Shown: positions 28,001-41,415 of the stretch, one piece after another
How positions within the stretch are numbered: position 1 is the first letter of the stretch
Layout of the letters: every line of letters begins with the position of its first letter
Assembly: GCA_964035545.1 (NCBI GenBank)
Contig: OZ037766.1
Span: 7,554,722-7,618,721 of the forward strand
Origin: Bugula neritina
Lineage: Eukaryota > Animalia > Bryozoa
Direction of reading: 5' to 3'
Length of the DNA stretch: 64,000 nt
Position numbers and translations under genes: made by a program
The notes under the pieces: model-generated
The model's input: only the letters and a program-made list of their open reading frames with translations
Database searches by the model: none
Told to the model about the DNA's origin: nothing

Positions 28001-31000
28001 CTGCGAAGCATTCCAACGCACAGCCCGGTTATAAGATGAATCTCGTTTCAACTGAAATTCTAAACAAAAAAGAACTAAAGATTTTCAACTCAGCTTAGTC
28101 AATTTGGTGAGCAGGGAACCCAGAAACCAAGGTTAACACCGGTTACGACAGATAAAGTGGCATTAACAGGCAACAACAGGACAATAAACCAACGAGGAAA
28201 AGCAGAGCATGACTACAAGGTCAAAGCAGCAGCTGGTGACGACATAGGATACATATTTTACCTTCTGCATCGCACAGTTCTGAGTCCACTTTACTAGGAG
28301 AGGTTACGTAGGCATTGTTTACCACTGAATGTACTTTATTGAGATACTGCAGCCCAGGTGAAGCTGAACCACCAGTTTTTAGAGAAGTTAAAGCAAAGGC
28401 TGTATCATACATGTCGCCATGAACGCGGTAGGGGAGAGAGTTGTTACTAAGAGGGAAATGCCGAACGGGTGGCTCTATAACCAAGGGGCTGTCGTCTCCT
28501 TCCATACCAGCTAATGGAGCGTCTGCTGTGCCAGTTTGCCAAACATCCAGACGTTTCTCCTCTATTGGTGTATATCTTGGTTTGAGTACTGCTTGCGAAA
28601 CAGGTTCTTTGTCAGGCAGCAGTTCTTTCACTTCCAAAGTCGGCGACTGTACATGTCCTGACCCTACATAGTTCATCCCCGATTCGTTTGATTGATAAAA
28701 CTCTTTAGATTTATCTTTCAGTGAGGACCTTTTGATTCCTAAAAAGTCTTTCAATGTCTTTTTATCTTTCTTTTCGCTATCTATTGTTTTTGAATTCTCA
28801 GATCTTTTCTTGCCAAATATTTTGTCTCCCGCCGAGTTTAGGGCAAATGGAAAACTCATTCTTTTAGTTTTTTTTCGTAAAGTGGTATTGTCTAGCCCGA
28901 AGGCTAAATTATCAGTACTGCCTACTGCCTGGTTATAGAATCCTAATGACTCACTCATGGAGCTAGTATTGGTGCAGTCACTCGCTGAGTTTGAGACCGA
29001 TTGTGAACCATTGAGATACGATTTAGAGTTATTATCTTCATCCAGTGCATTACTGTTAGTTGTGTTTTTTGTTGGATTTTGAAGCTCATGTTCATGCAAC
29101 TCAAAGTCTAAATGGAGAAGAGGTACAGAACATTTCATTAATATAAGCTGATCGATACCTGGTTTCGTTTAAGTGTCTTAATTAGTGGCATCAGCTGTAT
29201 CATGTTTTAAGGAAAATCAATTGAAATGAAAATAAAATTTAGTTTGTATAAAATAATCTACCATATACCAGGCTAAGGTTAAAGCAGTGGAAGTTAATGT
29301 GTTATATGAGATGAGACTTTCGACACCTGTTGAGCCCATAGCTTTCTACTTGAAAGTTATATTCATAGCAAGCAAAGCAAAAATTCGCTGCGCAGATCAC
29401 TGCAAGTCAGAATTTAGTCAGCATTCATAATTCAATCACCCGACCATAATATATTGTAAATAAATTTACATCTGACAGTGTGGGCTGTAGTGAACTGAGC
29501 AACAAATTTTTCAAGAAACAAGAAATATTTAGATTTTGCCTTATCCAAAAATTAGTGACAATATTAGCTCAATACTCAAAATACCACATGTAAACTGTGC
29601 CTACATTAATTAGCCTGGTATACAGTTTTAAGCTATACAACGCATAAACTGGTGGTAAAAATTACACACCAATCCAAATCCTATATCGACTAAATGTAAT
29701 AATTTTGATACCTTCTCAGTAAATAAAACACAGCCAGTGGCCAGTCACTCGCACATTTTCCACATAAGAAGCTTTATCAAATAGCATTTCAACATTTGCT
29801 GACTTAATTCTGATGTGCAGCCAAATAATCAAGTGATGCAATTTGGGACATAATTTAGGAACTACTGTTGGAACTACTTCTTTAAGTGATATTTATCCTT
29901 CAATGAAGGATAAATGCAAGCAGCTAAATTAAAAAGCTATAAAATTTCCCAGCTAAATATACAGGAAGTATTGCTAATAGAGAGACTGTTGCATTAACTG
30001 GTTGGCATGTAAATACTGCAAGTATTCACAGAGTCAGGAGTAAAAACTTACCACCAGGAAAGAAGTAGTCATGGTGGAGTATCAATGTCTCCACCACGTG
30101 GTTTTGAATAGCAGACGATACGACATCACTACTGTAAGCAGAGTATTGAGATTATTAGCAGTGCTGATTGGTAGAGCCAGTTTATTGAATGGTTTAATTG
30201 ATGAGCCCAACAGCAGTGTAGAAGATGTTACAATATCAAATCCATTTCAGTTTAGTTTTTGCAAACAAATATAGCAATATAATTCAATCTAAAGTTTGGA
30301 AACAAAAATTCACTCAATCTTTAAAATGGGGAAAATTGAAGAAGAAAAACTATATTTCAACAGGTTTTAAAATTTCATTTTTCAATTTTTTATAATTTAA
30401 ACGAATCTACCTATTGTTGCACACAGACTTGCTGGACATAGGAATGTCTGAGTGCAACAAGAGCCATAACAAGAGTTGCTGTCCATTATGCGTATGCTAA
30501 TGTTTTTCAATGGAGCCACTCACCCTGGGTCGGAGTTCCTTGGTCTCAGCAGATTTGGACCAAACACAATTGATATGTTACTGGGTGTCATTTTGTTAAT
30601 CTCAGATTTCTCTGCTAACTTAGCCAGAAATTTTATCAAGTATTTCACGTTTTCGAAATTGGGTTTTGGTAACTTGTCCACTGTAGACCACATCTGTTGC
30701 AGTCTGGAACCACGGTCTTTGCTGTAAAGGAAACAGTCAAGTAGTTGAATAGCCGTATAAGAAATACAAACATGAAGGATATACCACAGACATCAAATGT
30801 TATTCTTTACATATAATATAACTCTTAACTCGACAAGTAAAACATAACTATAAGTGTAAACCACCTCAGAGACTAAATACACCCTTTTTTTCATGCCAAT
30901 TACATATTTAAATGTGTAGGGGATTGGGTAGTATAATTATTGAAATATTATAATGGGTAGTATATATTGAAATGTTATAATGGTTAGTATAATATATTGA

Positions 31001-34000
31001 AATATTATAATGGGTAGCATAGATTGCATTACACATTGAAATATATATATATTTGCAGAGATAAGGCGTCACTTACACATTCATGCATTGTATAAACTCA
31101 TCATACAAGTCATAAGTTAGCAGAGGCTCTGGAAGCTCACGTATATACAACTTTAGTGCCCCGGCTACAACATGATAGTCCGAGTGATATTCCGTCATGT
31201 CTGTTTGAACCCCGACGTCAAACGTGGCCTACAAGCAATACCACTTGTCAGTTGTATTACAGTGTATACACATCAGCATGTATGGGTGCTGTACTTGAAA
31301 CAATTATACATAAGAACAGAGAAAACTACAGAAGTTAATTTATTCTATCTGCATCTGAATACATTGTTGGTTTTATGCATGCATTACCTTTGAGTTTAGA
31401 TTTCACATTTATTTAGTGTGGTTACTTACAGACCAGCAAAATACTAAAAGAACAGTTGCACTAATAGCATCATGAAACACAATTGACCTCTTTAATGTGT
31501 GAAATAAACAGCAAACAATAAATTATAACGAAACAGCTTTGAAATATGGCCGTATTTGAATCTTTTCAATACCTTACTTCAAGTTGTTCATCTGCTGAAA
31601 TGAATAAAAGTTTACTGGGTGATGTGATGTCACAACAGTTAAAATCTCTTTTGCCACATCCTAATAGTTACAAAGAGTTATAAAAAAAAGTTAATGAGAG
31701 AAATCATATTTATTAAAAAGATAGCAATAAGAGCCAAAGGAATTTTCAGACCTTAAGTTTCTTCAATATGGAAGCTCCAGCAGCTATTCTGAAGAGACCT
31801 TCCTCCTCTAGCCCACTAGGGTACAGTATATGAATGCACTCTTCTATCACCAGAGCTATTTTCCTACCAGAGCTCTGTAAATGCTCTTCCAAAGAACAGC
31901 CGTACACTGGTTTAGTGGCATGTTGCTCTAAACAAAAACCAAAGTAATGATGAACATCCATCATATGTGTGAGCTGTGTGCACAGGCCATAGTAATAAGA
32001 GGGGGGGAGGGGGGTACAGCACAAACTAACAGCATTTAACAGTATTTATATCCATCAGGCTTCTGCATACATTGCACAAATGATAACACATGTATGTTGA
32101 CTTAAAACTGTTGTACTAAAAGCAGTACAGAGAGAAAATTGGCAGTTTAGCAAGGTTATTCCACCATATCTGAGTGAGCTAAACTTTCTGCGTTTACAAA
32201 TATAGTTACACCCACTGGAGTCGTCCTACAAACGCACAGTAACAGCTTTTACTCTTAAATTAATAAAATTGTTCGTCAAAGTGTTTATTTGTACATGTGG
32301 TAATTCCGGCACACCTTTAAATTATTCAAGACTAACATAACACTATTTCTTATATTAATTTATATAACAGAACATAGGGGAAAAATACCGGAAACATTAA
32401 ATAAACTGAAGTTAAGAAGCTGATTAATCAGAAAGCTATGGTTGCTCTAAAAGTGTGTAATACAAGTTGCTACTATTGTACAGCCCCTCAACGGTCTAAC
32501 TTCAAAGCTAAAACATAATCAAATAGTACCTGTTGGTCAGCATATGATAGAATAAGTAAAATAAAGAACTACCTGGAACCAGCAACTTCTGCGTAAGTAT
32601 GGTTCATTTAATACACACCTGTCATGCATCTAAGGTCAACCACCATGTCGTCTAGGTGGGTCAGCGATGTTTTGTAAAACGAAATCTGTGCAGTCATCCA
32701 CTAAAACACATTCACCAGTGCAAGGCAATGCTAAAACTATATTTAACTTTGATGCAACAAGTCGGGAAATGGTGCAGTAAACAACAAAACTATACTGTAA
32801 AGAAACATGCCTCAGTATATACGTGCTTGGTGCACTTTATAACAAAGTACAGTGCTTTGAGTTGCGTTAGTTTGGGGGCTTTGATTAACCTGCCATGAGC
32901 TTGTAGCCCATATGTAAAAACTATTTATTTTAGAATGTAGAAGTACCACGACCAGAAGTTTAGTCAGTGAGTTACAGTAGTCTAGAATCTAGCCCAATTT
33001 CTTCCAATTTTACTTACAAGTATAAATCCATAACGTTGAACAAATAATGATTGCTTAATTAACGCTGTAAACTTCTTCCTTATTCTTTTTACATAAAAAT
33101 TTGTTTAAGAACGAATGACCACATATGTTGATGTCATCCAAGTTTTAAAAATAAGACTCAATTTTGATGATAAAAAACATTACATATTAATTTTAAAGAC
33201 AACTAAATAAATTCACTCCATTAATTGTTTGGGAAAATCCAAATATTTTTAAAGTTTCTCTACCGAATTAATTGTCCAGGTCTAAAAGACACTTTTAGTA
33301 ATAATTTTAGCATAGAAAGGAACATGCAATTATGGTTTAGTTGATTAACAGAATAAAAACAGAGACAAGAAATAGTCATACCTCAATAATTTTGAGACAT
33401 ATATCAGATTCTTTAGATAAGAGTTGAAATATCTCTGTGGTATACTGGTCCTACAAGACACCAGCATATCCCTTGTAATATGTGCAATAGTATCTAATAT
33501 TTACTACTAATGTCTTCTGTTGCATAGCATCTTCTATACTAATAAAATGATCAAGATAATATATTGACACTGCAGATGTACATAAAAACAAATCCTACGT
33601 CATAAGAAAAAGATGTCTCAATACCTACAATGTTAAATATACTTTTTCAATATGTAAACATTATGGTAGGCAGATTCAGTAAATCTCAAGGTTTCTAATG
33701 ACATAAAAATTGCTGGAAGGGAGTACGATTTAAAATTTAAATACGCAACAAAGAAGTGAAAGTGAAATTCTATAGTACAATTACAGATTTATGTGCATGT
33801 AGACACAGCATAAAACTATCCCATGCACTAACTGTGAGTGAAAGCATATAAATGGAACATAATCTACATTGTCATAACTTTTACTATTTCAATACTAAAC
33901 ATGAGAAATCTTACTTATGCTAGTAGTTTGTACCAGCATAGATAGACAGCGACGTATTGCAGTTGGCAAACATCAAATTTGACAACTAGAGAAGTAATGC

Positions 34001-37000
34001 AAGACACAAAGTGCAACTTGCTATTTCTTTTTTCCAAACTAAACGATAAAATTTACCAGCAAGAGAAGACTTGCTATGTAACAGGTGACAGGTTGCAACT
34101 CACCCTGCACGTGGCAACTTTCTGCTCAGCCTCCTCTAATTCAACATTCAGGAGTTCTGTTTTACTCTGACTGTGACTGGAATGGCTAGAGCTCTGTGCA
34201 GCTGACTGCTGCCTGTATACACATTGATTGATTGATTGCATATCACAGACATGACAACACGTTGCGAAATTCAGTGTAAACGGTCATATTTGATGGCAAG
34301 TGCATTATTTAGTTTCTGAAAATACAAATCTACGTCATGATACTCAACACCAAGTTTAGAGCTGCCATAGGGAGTTGTTTACACTTGTAATACGTATATT
34401 CAACATATATCAATATATGGTTATAGTAGGTCATAACATTTTCCTAGTATATAACTTATTTTAAATAATCCAACAGAGTTGTGGCTTTTTCCATCCACTT
34501 TTATTTATGTCTACTTATTATGGCCAGTATTTACACTGAATTTTGCAACATGCTTTCATATCTGTGATGTGTAATCAATGATAAATCAATCAGTTATTAC
34601 TCAGGCACCCTAACAAACATTATACTTTAACAAATTTTAAAAATAAGCTTGAACACCAATACCACCAGCTATAAGCTATATGATTATATTATTTAAACTG
34701 TATATGTGTACAATCAAGTGGAAGTCCTCCACAACTGTATACTAAAATAGTAGAATAACAGTTGTTGTGTATACCTTGACCGGGTAGAGTCCATATCTAA
34801 CGTCAGCTTAGTCAATTGTTGCTTACTTTTCTTTATTGCTGGCACATCAGTCTAAATATATATAATCAATGCAATGGTTAGTGTGATGTTTATTCAAATA
34901 CTCAGTCTCTTGAGTCATCCTCACACTCTAAAAAATGATTGGAGCATTTACACAAAAAATTTAGTCTTGGTTAGATTTGAAATTGTCAAAATTTCATTCT
35001 ACATTTAAAAAAAATTTCAACGGAATATTTTTAAGCAAATACTAAGCCTAGGGCCACACTGTGCGTATTTTCCCATGCGAAAATTAAAATCACGAGTAGC
35101 AAAGGTGTCCACTGTAGCGTCAGTGATGCGTGATAAATAAAGCTTTCATTTTTAAATCGCACTCGCTTTCAATAAAACGCAATTTACTGGAATATAGCAC
35201 TAAATAAAGAAATTGGGCTCGCTGAATAGCTACCAGCCAATTAGGTGACGACGACAGAGACGATTCGCACTTGCGTTGAAAATGCAGAGCGACAAGTGCG
35301 AATGTTTTCTCAACACGCACAGTGGACACCTTTGCTACTTGTGATTTCAATTTTCGCATGCGAAAATACGCACAGTGTGGCCCTAGGCTTACTGGTAATT
35401 ATAACTTTAATACTAGTACAGTATTGTAAAACTTTTTGAGAACATGCATGGAGTTTACTTGATAACGATATATTTCAGCTTAGCTAGTAACTTTATAAAA
35501 AATATTCTAACCTATAATTTCACAAATAATTGCTTTTTATTTACAAAACTGTCTTCCCACTACATTCAACATAATATTATTAATAGATACTTGGGTTGAA
35601 GAATTTTCAGTATTTTCAAGTTGTTTCTCCTGTAAACCTTCGATTTTTTTATACTTGCCAAAAAAGATAACATAGCAAATAATATAGAGTTGTCTACTTT
35701 TTATTAACAACTAATTTCAAACAAATAAAAGTAGGTGGAGCTGCTATAATGTCAATTATTAGATTTATACCAGCATTTAAATAGAAAAAAAGCCATACTA
35801 CAGTCTATGCTATCAGTATATAACATAACTCACATCTAGGATTCCCTGAATATAAGAAAGAATTGATTCCTCCACTGTGAGTTCATAGGACTGTTGTGCG
35901 TATCCAATAGAATTCATTCCAAAAGAGCATTGTCGCAAAACATCACTACAAAAGGAGATAAATCAGGATGTAGTATTAATCTTATTATAATTAGCTAAAC
36001 TTAATTTCACTAAAACTACTGATTACTAATTCAGACGAAAATCTTGTACAAACAATGATTGTAAAAGGGGGACAAGTTACTACATATTTATAGAAGACAA
36101 CCCCAATTTCAAAGCCTGTCCACACTTTGGTGTTTTCATGAATAATATGATGAAACACGGATTGGGAGTAGTTTATTGCTAAAAGATAATGTACATCCAA
36201 TAGAAACAGAAGGACATCTTCACTTGCATTTACAGCGGCTCTTATAAAAATGTATTTAATACACTGTTCAACCAAACTGATAACGCCAGTTTTGAAAACA
36301 TCTGCTTAGCCAGACAGCATGGTGTTTAACATGTCCTTGATTTCACAAAACCAGGGATAGTCAAAACTGATATGTTTATTTCAAAAGAAACATCCAAGTG
36401 TGTGCAGACCCTTATTTCACATACAAAAATAATGAGAACAGCTGCTTATGATACAACTGTCAATACTTGTGTCATACCAGAGCATGCCCTCTCCAAGCAC
36501 TTTACTGCTTTCCTCTAGAGATGTAGCAAGGTGCACGATAGGCATCTTCTTCTACAGAACAAATCCACTGACAAAGTTAATTAAAATCAATAACGCATTG
36601 GTTGGTTAGATAAGTGCTCATGTAAAGTAGCCCAACAGAAACTCTCAACAAACATCCGCAGAAACATTATTAATTCAGTCTGAGTCAGAATAACTGATGC
36701 AACCCCAACCCTGTAATCTCTCGGAGATAAGTTAATTTACTTCAGCTAATGCATGTTAGAAACACAGCACAAACATTATTGATTATTCTGACAGGAGTCA
36801 CATATTTCCATGACTATAATTACACAGATATTATATTATAATGTAGGCCACATATGATATAATCATCCTAATGTGTCTGATAGCATACTAACTGTGCCCT
36901 CATTATGTATACCGAGATGATATATGCTTTATAGTCAGTTACTTTCCATGAATCCAGCAATCAAAGAATTACTGAACCCATTAATTGAGGGACAGTGGAG

Positions 37001-39222
37001 AGTTTATATAACCACAAGCATTACATGAGAACCAAAATTCAAAGTAGGGTTCATTATTCACACTTGAACCTTCATAACCATTATTATAACTACATATTTT
37101 GTTCCAGATTTCCTGGTCATCAAGTCAATATAGTAATGAAGAAGGAAGTAAAGCATCATATTTGAACTTTAGCACATCGGGTCACTAAGCTAAGAGACTA
37201 AGTGCTTTGTTGAAAAGTTCCTTATTTCTCAAATTAAGCAGTGACAAATTAATCTACCAATCTATTTTAGTGATTTGAAAAAAGTTTTTTCCAAAACAAG
37301 CTTGCAATTCAAATTCTAGAGCCTCCATGAAAAGTAGTCAGTAAGTAGTTATGTAAACTCCAACCAGAATAAAATGCAGAGAAAGATAAGTTGAAAATGT
37401 TTGACAATCTAAATCCTTCTGGAAAACTCTAAATGATTACATACCCTGGTATGAAACTAAACGTTTGTGCAGATAGAAGCAAGCAGTAGTCAGTCAATTA
37501 TTAAGGAGAAATTGAGGGTATAGATAAGCAATGTGTAGAGAGATATACTGCATAAACTCTTTATAATCAATAACTTACAGCCCGTTTTTCTTGGTCATGT
37601 ACATTGTGGGCCTGAAGGGAAGCCGTTAGCTTTTTTACTAAAGTCTGCAAGACATTTTTCAAAGCTTCTACTTTCTTCTCCGCCAACAGAAGATCTTCAG
37701 ATAAAACTTCTGTTTTCTCTGCTCTGCAAACATAAGCAAGGTTTTAGTAGTCAACCCACTGCAGCATTCACATCTAAACCGGAGTAAAGTCAAGTGTTTT
37801 AATTTGTTTTAGCCAAGCTGTCATTTGAGACAATCGACTGTGGCTTTTATACAAGGCTACTTAAGCATTTTAGGAGACTTAGATTATAAGTTAAGGTAAA
37901 AATACTATTAAAAGCAAAAAAATTTTTACAAAATTGCTTTTGCCTGAAATGCAGTACACATATACATCTACTGAGTCCATTTTCTAACACCAGAGAAAAA
38001 CAAACCTTTGGAGAATAGTGAACTTAGCAACTGGTTTGATATTTAACTACAAGCGCCACAAACCAGAATTTAGTAGAACAAACTAAAGGAGCAAGTTTTC
38101 TGAAGTCAAGCTACTAGCATTAGATAACATTGTAACTGATAATTATACACCCATTAGCTTTAGACTGAAATGCAGATAACATTACTAGTTAAACAGAAAC
38201 TAAGTAAATAGTGATACACCTTTCATAGTTCAGATCATAGCTGGAGATTGATAAGTTATTCATTATAAGTACTACTAAGTAGCTGCTAGCATTAGGTATA
38301 TGAAAATCTAATAGAACCATAAACATGCAATATCAGGGGGAATAAAAATGTAAGTGTTGCGGTTTGTGTAACATCTGGACAGTTAGCAATTATACTTTTC
38401 ACATTAAACCAGCGGAAAACATAATCTGCTTGTAATAAAGAGTATGGCTTCAACAGAAAAAAAATCACATTTCCAATGCAACCTGATTGATAAAAAATCA
38501 CTTACAAAAATAATTACCAACATTCATTAAATGTTATATATAATTATTACTTGTGAAACTTTAGCTAATACTGGGGGCCTTGTTGCATAATAATCTTGAA
38601 CAAGATGTAATAAGTGAACAAATAAAGTATTTAGTATTTCTGTCAAAGCTTTTAAAGATTTTCACTGTCAGTTTGGTGCTATTAAGTAACATCCAGTTAC
38701 GTGTAAACAGCATACGCTAATGAATATTAAATAGTGACTATATTGCCAAAGAAGATTCACACAAACATCTACAAAAATTACACACAACTAGTAACATGGA
38801 AAGGAGCAAGATATTGAAGAAATAGCAAAAATAAGTTAAAACTGTTTTAGATATGACCAAAAATGCAGCTAGCAACACACCAGGAAATCTGCTCATTTGA
38901 AACAAGGCATCATGTCGCCAGTCCCATCAAGTTTATTTGCAGCTGTGATTGAAAACATGATACAACTTTTCTTACAGTCAATACCAACCAAGCCAATTCA
39001 AGTTAAGGAATTTCAAGGAATTAATCAAAAAGCAAAGTGATTTGCACCCATCTCTGAGTGACCACATGCGGCATTATTGCATGGTACACAAAATAAACAC
39101 ACTGTGACGAAGACTAAATTGCAACTTTAAACTCTCAGTAGTTTTACTATTTAGTCTATAATATATTACCTGCCAAGACCTTGGTCAGCCCGTTGCTTTA
39201 CTCTGAGAATATTCTTTATCAT
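25030..39222 (-). CDS. BAR-domain Rho GTPase-activating protein, RICH/nadrin family (ARHGAP17/ARHGAP44/SH3BP1-like)
   Basis: ATG at 39222: MIKNILRVKQRADQGLGR|AEKTEVLSEDLL (RICH N-terminus); BAR exons including LTLDMDSTRSR; RhoGAP PVYGCSLEEHL...GLEEEGLFRIAAG, KLYIRELPEPLLT, NKMTPSNISIVFGPNLL, YFFPG; Pro-rich tail ending DDTPL* (class I PDZ-binding motif). Confidence 0.93.
34223..34592. mobile_element. Two oppositely oriented fragments of the same LINE 3' end
   Basis: 34223-34325 matches 20598-20660 plus 20870-20910 (same orientation, internal deletion). 34460-34592 is the reverse complement of ~20598-20730. Confidence 0.75.
35043..35391. mobile_element. MITE with ~70-bp terminal inverted repeats
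   Basis: TAAGCCTAGGGCCACACTGTGCGTATTTTC...AGTAGCAAAGGTGTCCACTGT versus its near-exact reverse complement at the right end. TAA/TTA termini suggest PIF/Harbinger or a TA-target family. Confidence 0.9.
36110..36415. mobile_element. Possible degenerate MITE
   Basis: Loose inverted ends (GCCTGTCCACACTTTGGTGTTTTC vs GAAACATCCAAGTGTGTGCAGACC). Confidence 0.35.
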
Positions 39223-39562
39223 TGTATATCCAAACCCTGTGACAAAATGAAGATGAGTGAGTATATCTGTGACAACTGACAAGTGATTGTTACAGATAAG
39301 AGTAACTGTAAGTATAGCTTAAACTATAAATATAAATAACTTATTCTAATAGTATTACTAATACTAATGATAATACTAATAGTAATATTAATACTAATAG
39401 TAATACTAATAGTAATATTAATACTAATAGTAATAGTAACACTAACAGTAAGTGTAATTCTTAAGTAAATCAAACTTCAACGTGAAAGTCAAAGTCGAAG
39501 TGTAATATTTGTCAAAAAGTTTAATCATTGCTTAATATTACATGCCCAAAAACAGCACTTAC

Positions 39563-40038
39563 TTGTGAGGCGATAAAAATATTTACGGTACTGATTATTC
39601 AGACAGGTGGCTTTAAACAATTTCTGCAACGGCTTCTGTAACCATCTCAATTCTTTATCGCTATGAGCTTAAAGCTCCTACATTAATTTTGTCTAGTAGG
39701 AAGTGGGCAAGCTTCTTGAAAAGATGCAATGTAATAGTAATGCTAATTGGCTGGATTCGGTGCACCCGACAAATCATGTAAAGCAATTTCTCTATTCCCA
39801 AAACGGGCACGCGAAAAGCAAAATGTTCGAGATATTGCGCTATCAAAACGCAGTCCCGCTTCGTCGCCAATTTAATCGGTTGTGCTTTCACTATTTCAAG
39901 CACTGAGCTGGAAGATTTTATTGAAAATATTATTGAGTTCGATGATTTTCAAGTATATTATTTTATTTTTATTTTTAGCCAAAACTTGAGTCTTACATGA
40001 ACTTTGTAAATTGTAATGTCTAGACCAGCATCTGCAAC
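39563..40038. promoter_or_regulatory. Bidirectional promoter and non-coding first exons of the RhoGAP (-) and DGCR8 (+)
   Basis: CpG-rich island at ~39750-39880 between head-to-head genes. Candidate donors GTAAGT at 39562 (-) and GT at ~40039/40044 (+). Confidence 0.6.
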
Positions 40039-41415
40039 GTAAAGTAATTCACATTACAGTTGCCCATAAAAAAAGTTTAAACTTGACTTAAATTAACAGT
40101 CATTATGATTATCATTTTATGATTATCACTTTAAGTTTAAGTTTATGATTGAGATTATCATATTCAGTTTCAGTTTGAATTTCATTATCATTAGTGATTA
40201 TTCATTATGTAAAAAAAAAGTTAAAATCGAAACGAAAATCAAAATGTATAATTGTAAAGTGAGTACATACTGGTAGTGGTAGTACTAGTACTAGTAGTGT
40301 GATAGTGATATTCATAGTGATAGTCATAGTGATAGTCAATGTCATACTGATTATAATACTCATTATACTTATACTCATAGTGATATTGATAGTCATATTG
40401 ATATTCATAGTCACAGGGATACTGATAGTGAAAGTGAATGACATGAACTAAAACTAACAGTGTTACACACTTACACTTACAGTAGGCGTAGCATCATGAT
40501 GATGATCATGTTGCAATTTAACTTAAGCTCACCTGTACTTATAGGCTATAAGTTATAACATAGTCATATTTTAATATTATAATTATATAATTTAAATTAT
40601 AAGTAACTTAAAGTTAAGCTTAGACTTATACTTATAGTTATAACCTAGTCTTATAAGTTAAACTTGAAAGAAAAAATTGAGTTAACGTTATAAGTATAAC
40701 CATAAGTGTTAGTGCAAGCTAAAGCTATAAGTATAACATTACCTATAAGTATAAATATAAGTATAACTCACTCCTTGCTCGTAGTACTAACTTAGTATCA
40801 CTTATTAAGTTAAACTTATAAGTTATAGTAATAATTTTGTAAATCATTACATATATTAAAATGGTTGTGGTTGTGTCAACAGTGACCATTATTGATAAAT
40901 TTCACTTTTACATGAACAGCCACACTGTTGGATTATTACGAATTGTTCAATCGATATTAATGTCATTAACTTATAGCTGTTATTATAAGCATTAAGGTAA
41001 TAACTATGCGATTGAAATAATTGCCTAAAAATACTTGTTTGCTTTTTACTAAAGTTTTAGATGGGTCAAATCTATTTCTAGTGTTGAGTCACTCATAAAG
41101 TATTTTAGTTGTGCTAAAAGTATGGACTTATCAGTTATTTCAAAACTAATGCTCTTGTGATTTTTGATTTTGACCAACAATACCACTAATTATTCCTCAC
41201 CGGACTGATTGGGTAGCGGGCAATGCCACTAATTATCGTCTTACTATAAATATTGTTGCCTCAGTTTCTTTTCTTTAGTAATGAGGATATTTTAGATGTA
41301 CAAACATGTAACGTATCCCTGTTTTTATTAATTTGTTGTGTTTTAGCTTGGGTCAAAGTATTTTTGTTATTTCAAATTTTTCTGGTTTCATCGTCCTTCT
41401 AATCTGAACAGCAAT

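Noticed and set aside
40205-40444. Hydrophobic ITITM ORF
   Set aside because: By-product of the hexamer-periodic intronic tract.
40850-41415. Search for the conserved autoregulatory 5'UTR hairpin of DGCR8/pasha
   Set aside because: Only short inverted or direct repeats were seen (CAACAGTG/CACTGTTG; CCACTAATTAT x2). No convincing pri-miRNA-like stem by eye.
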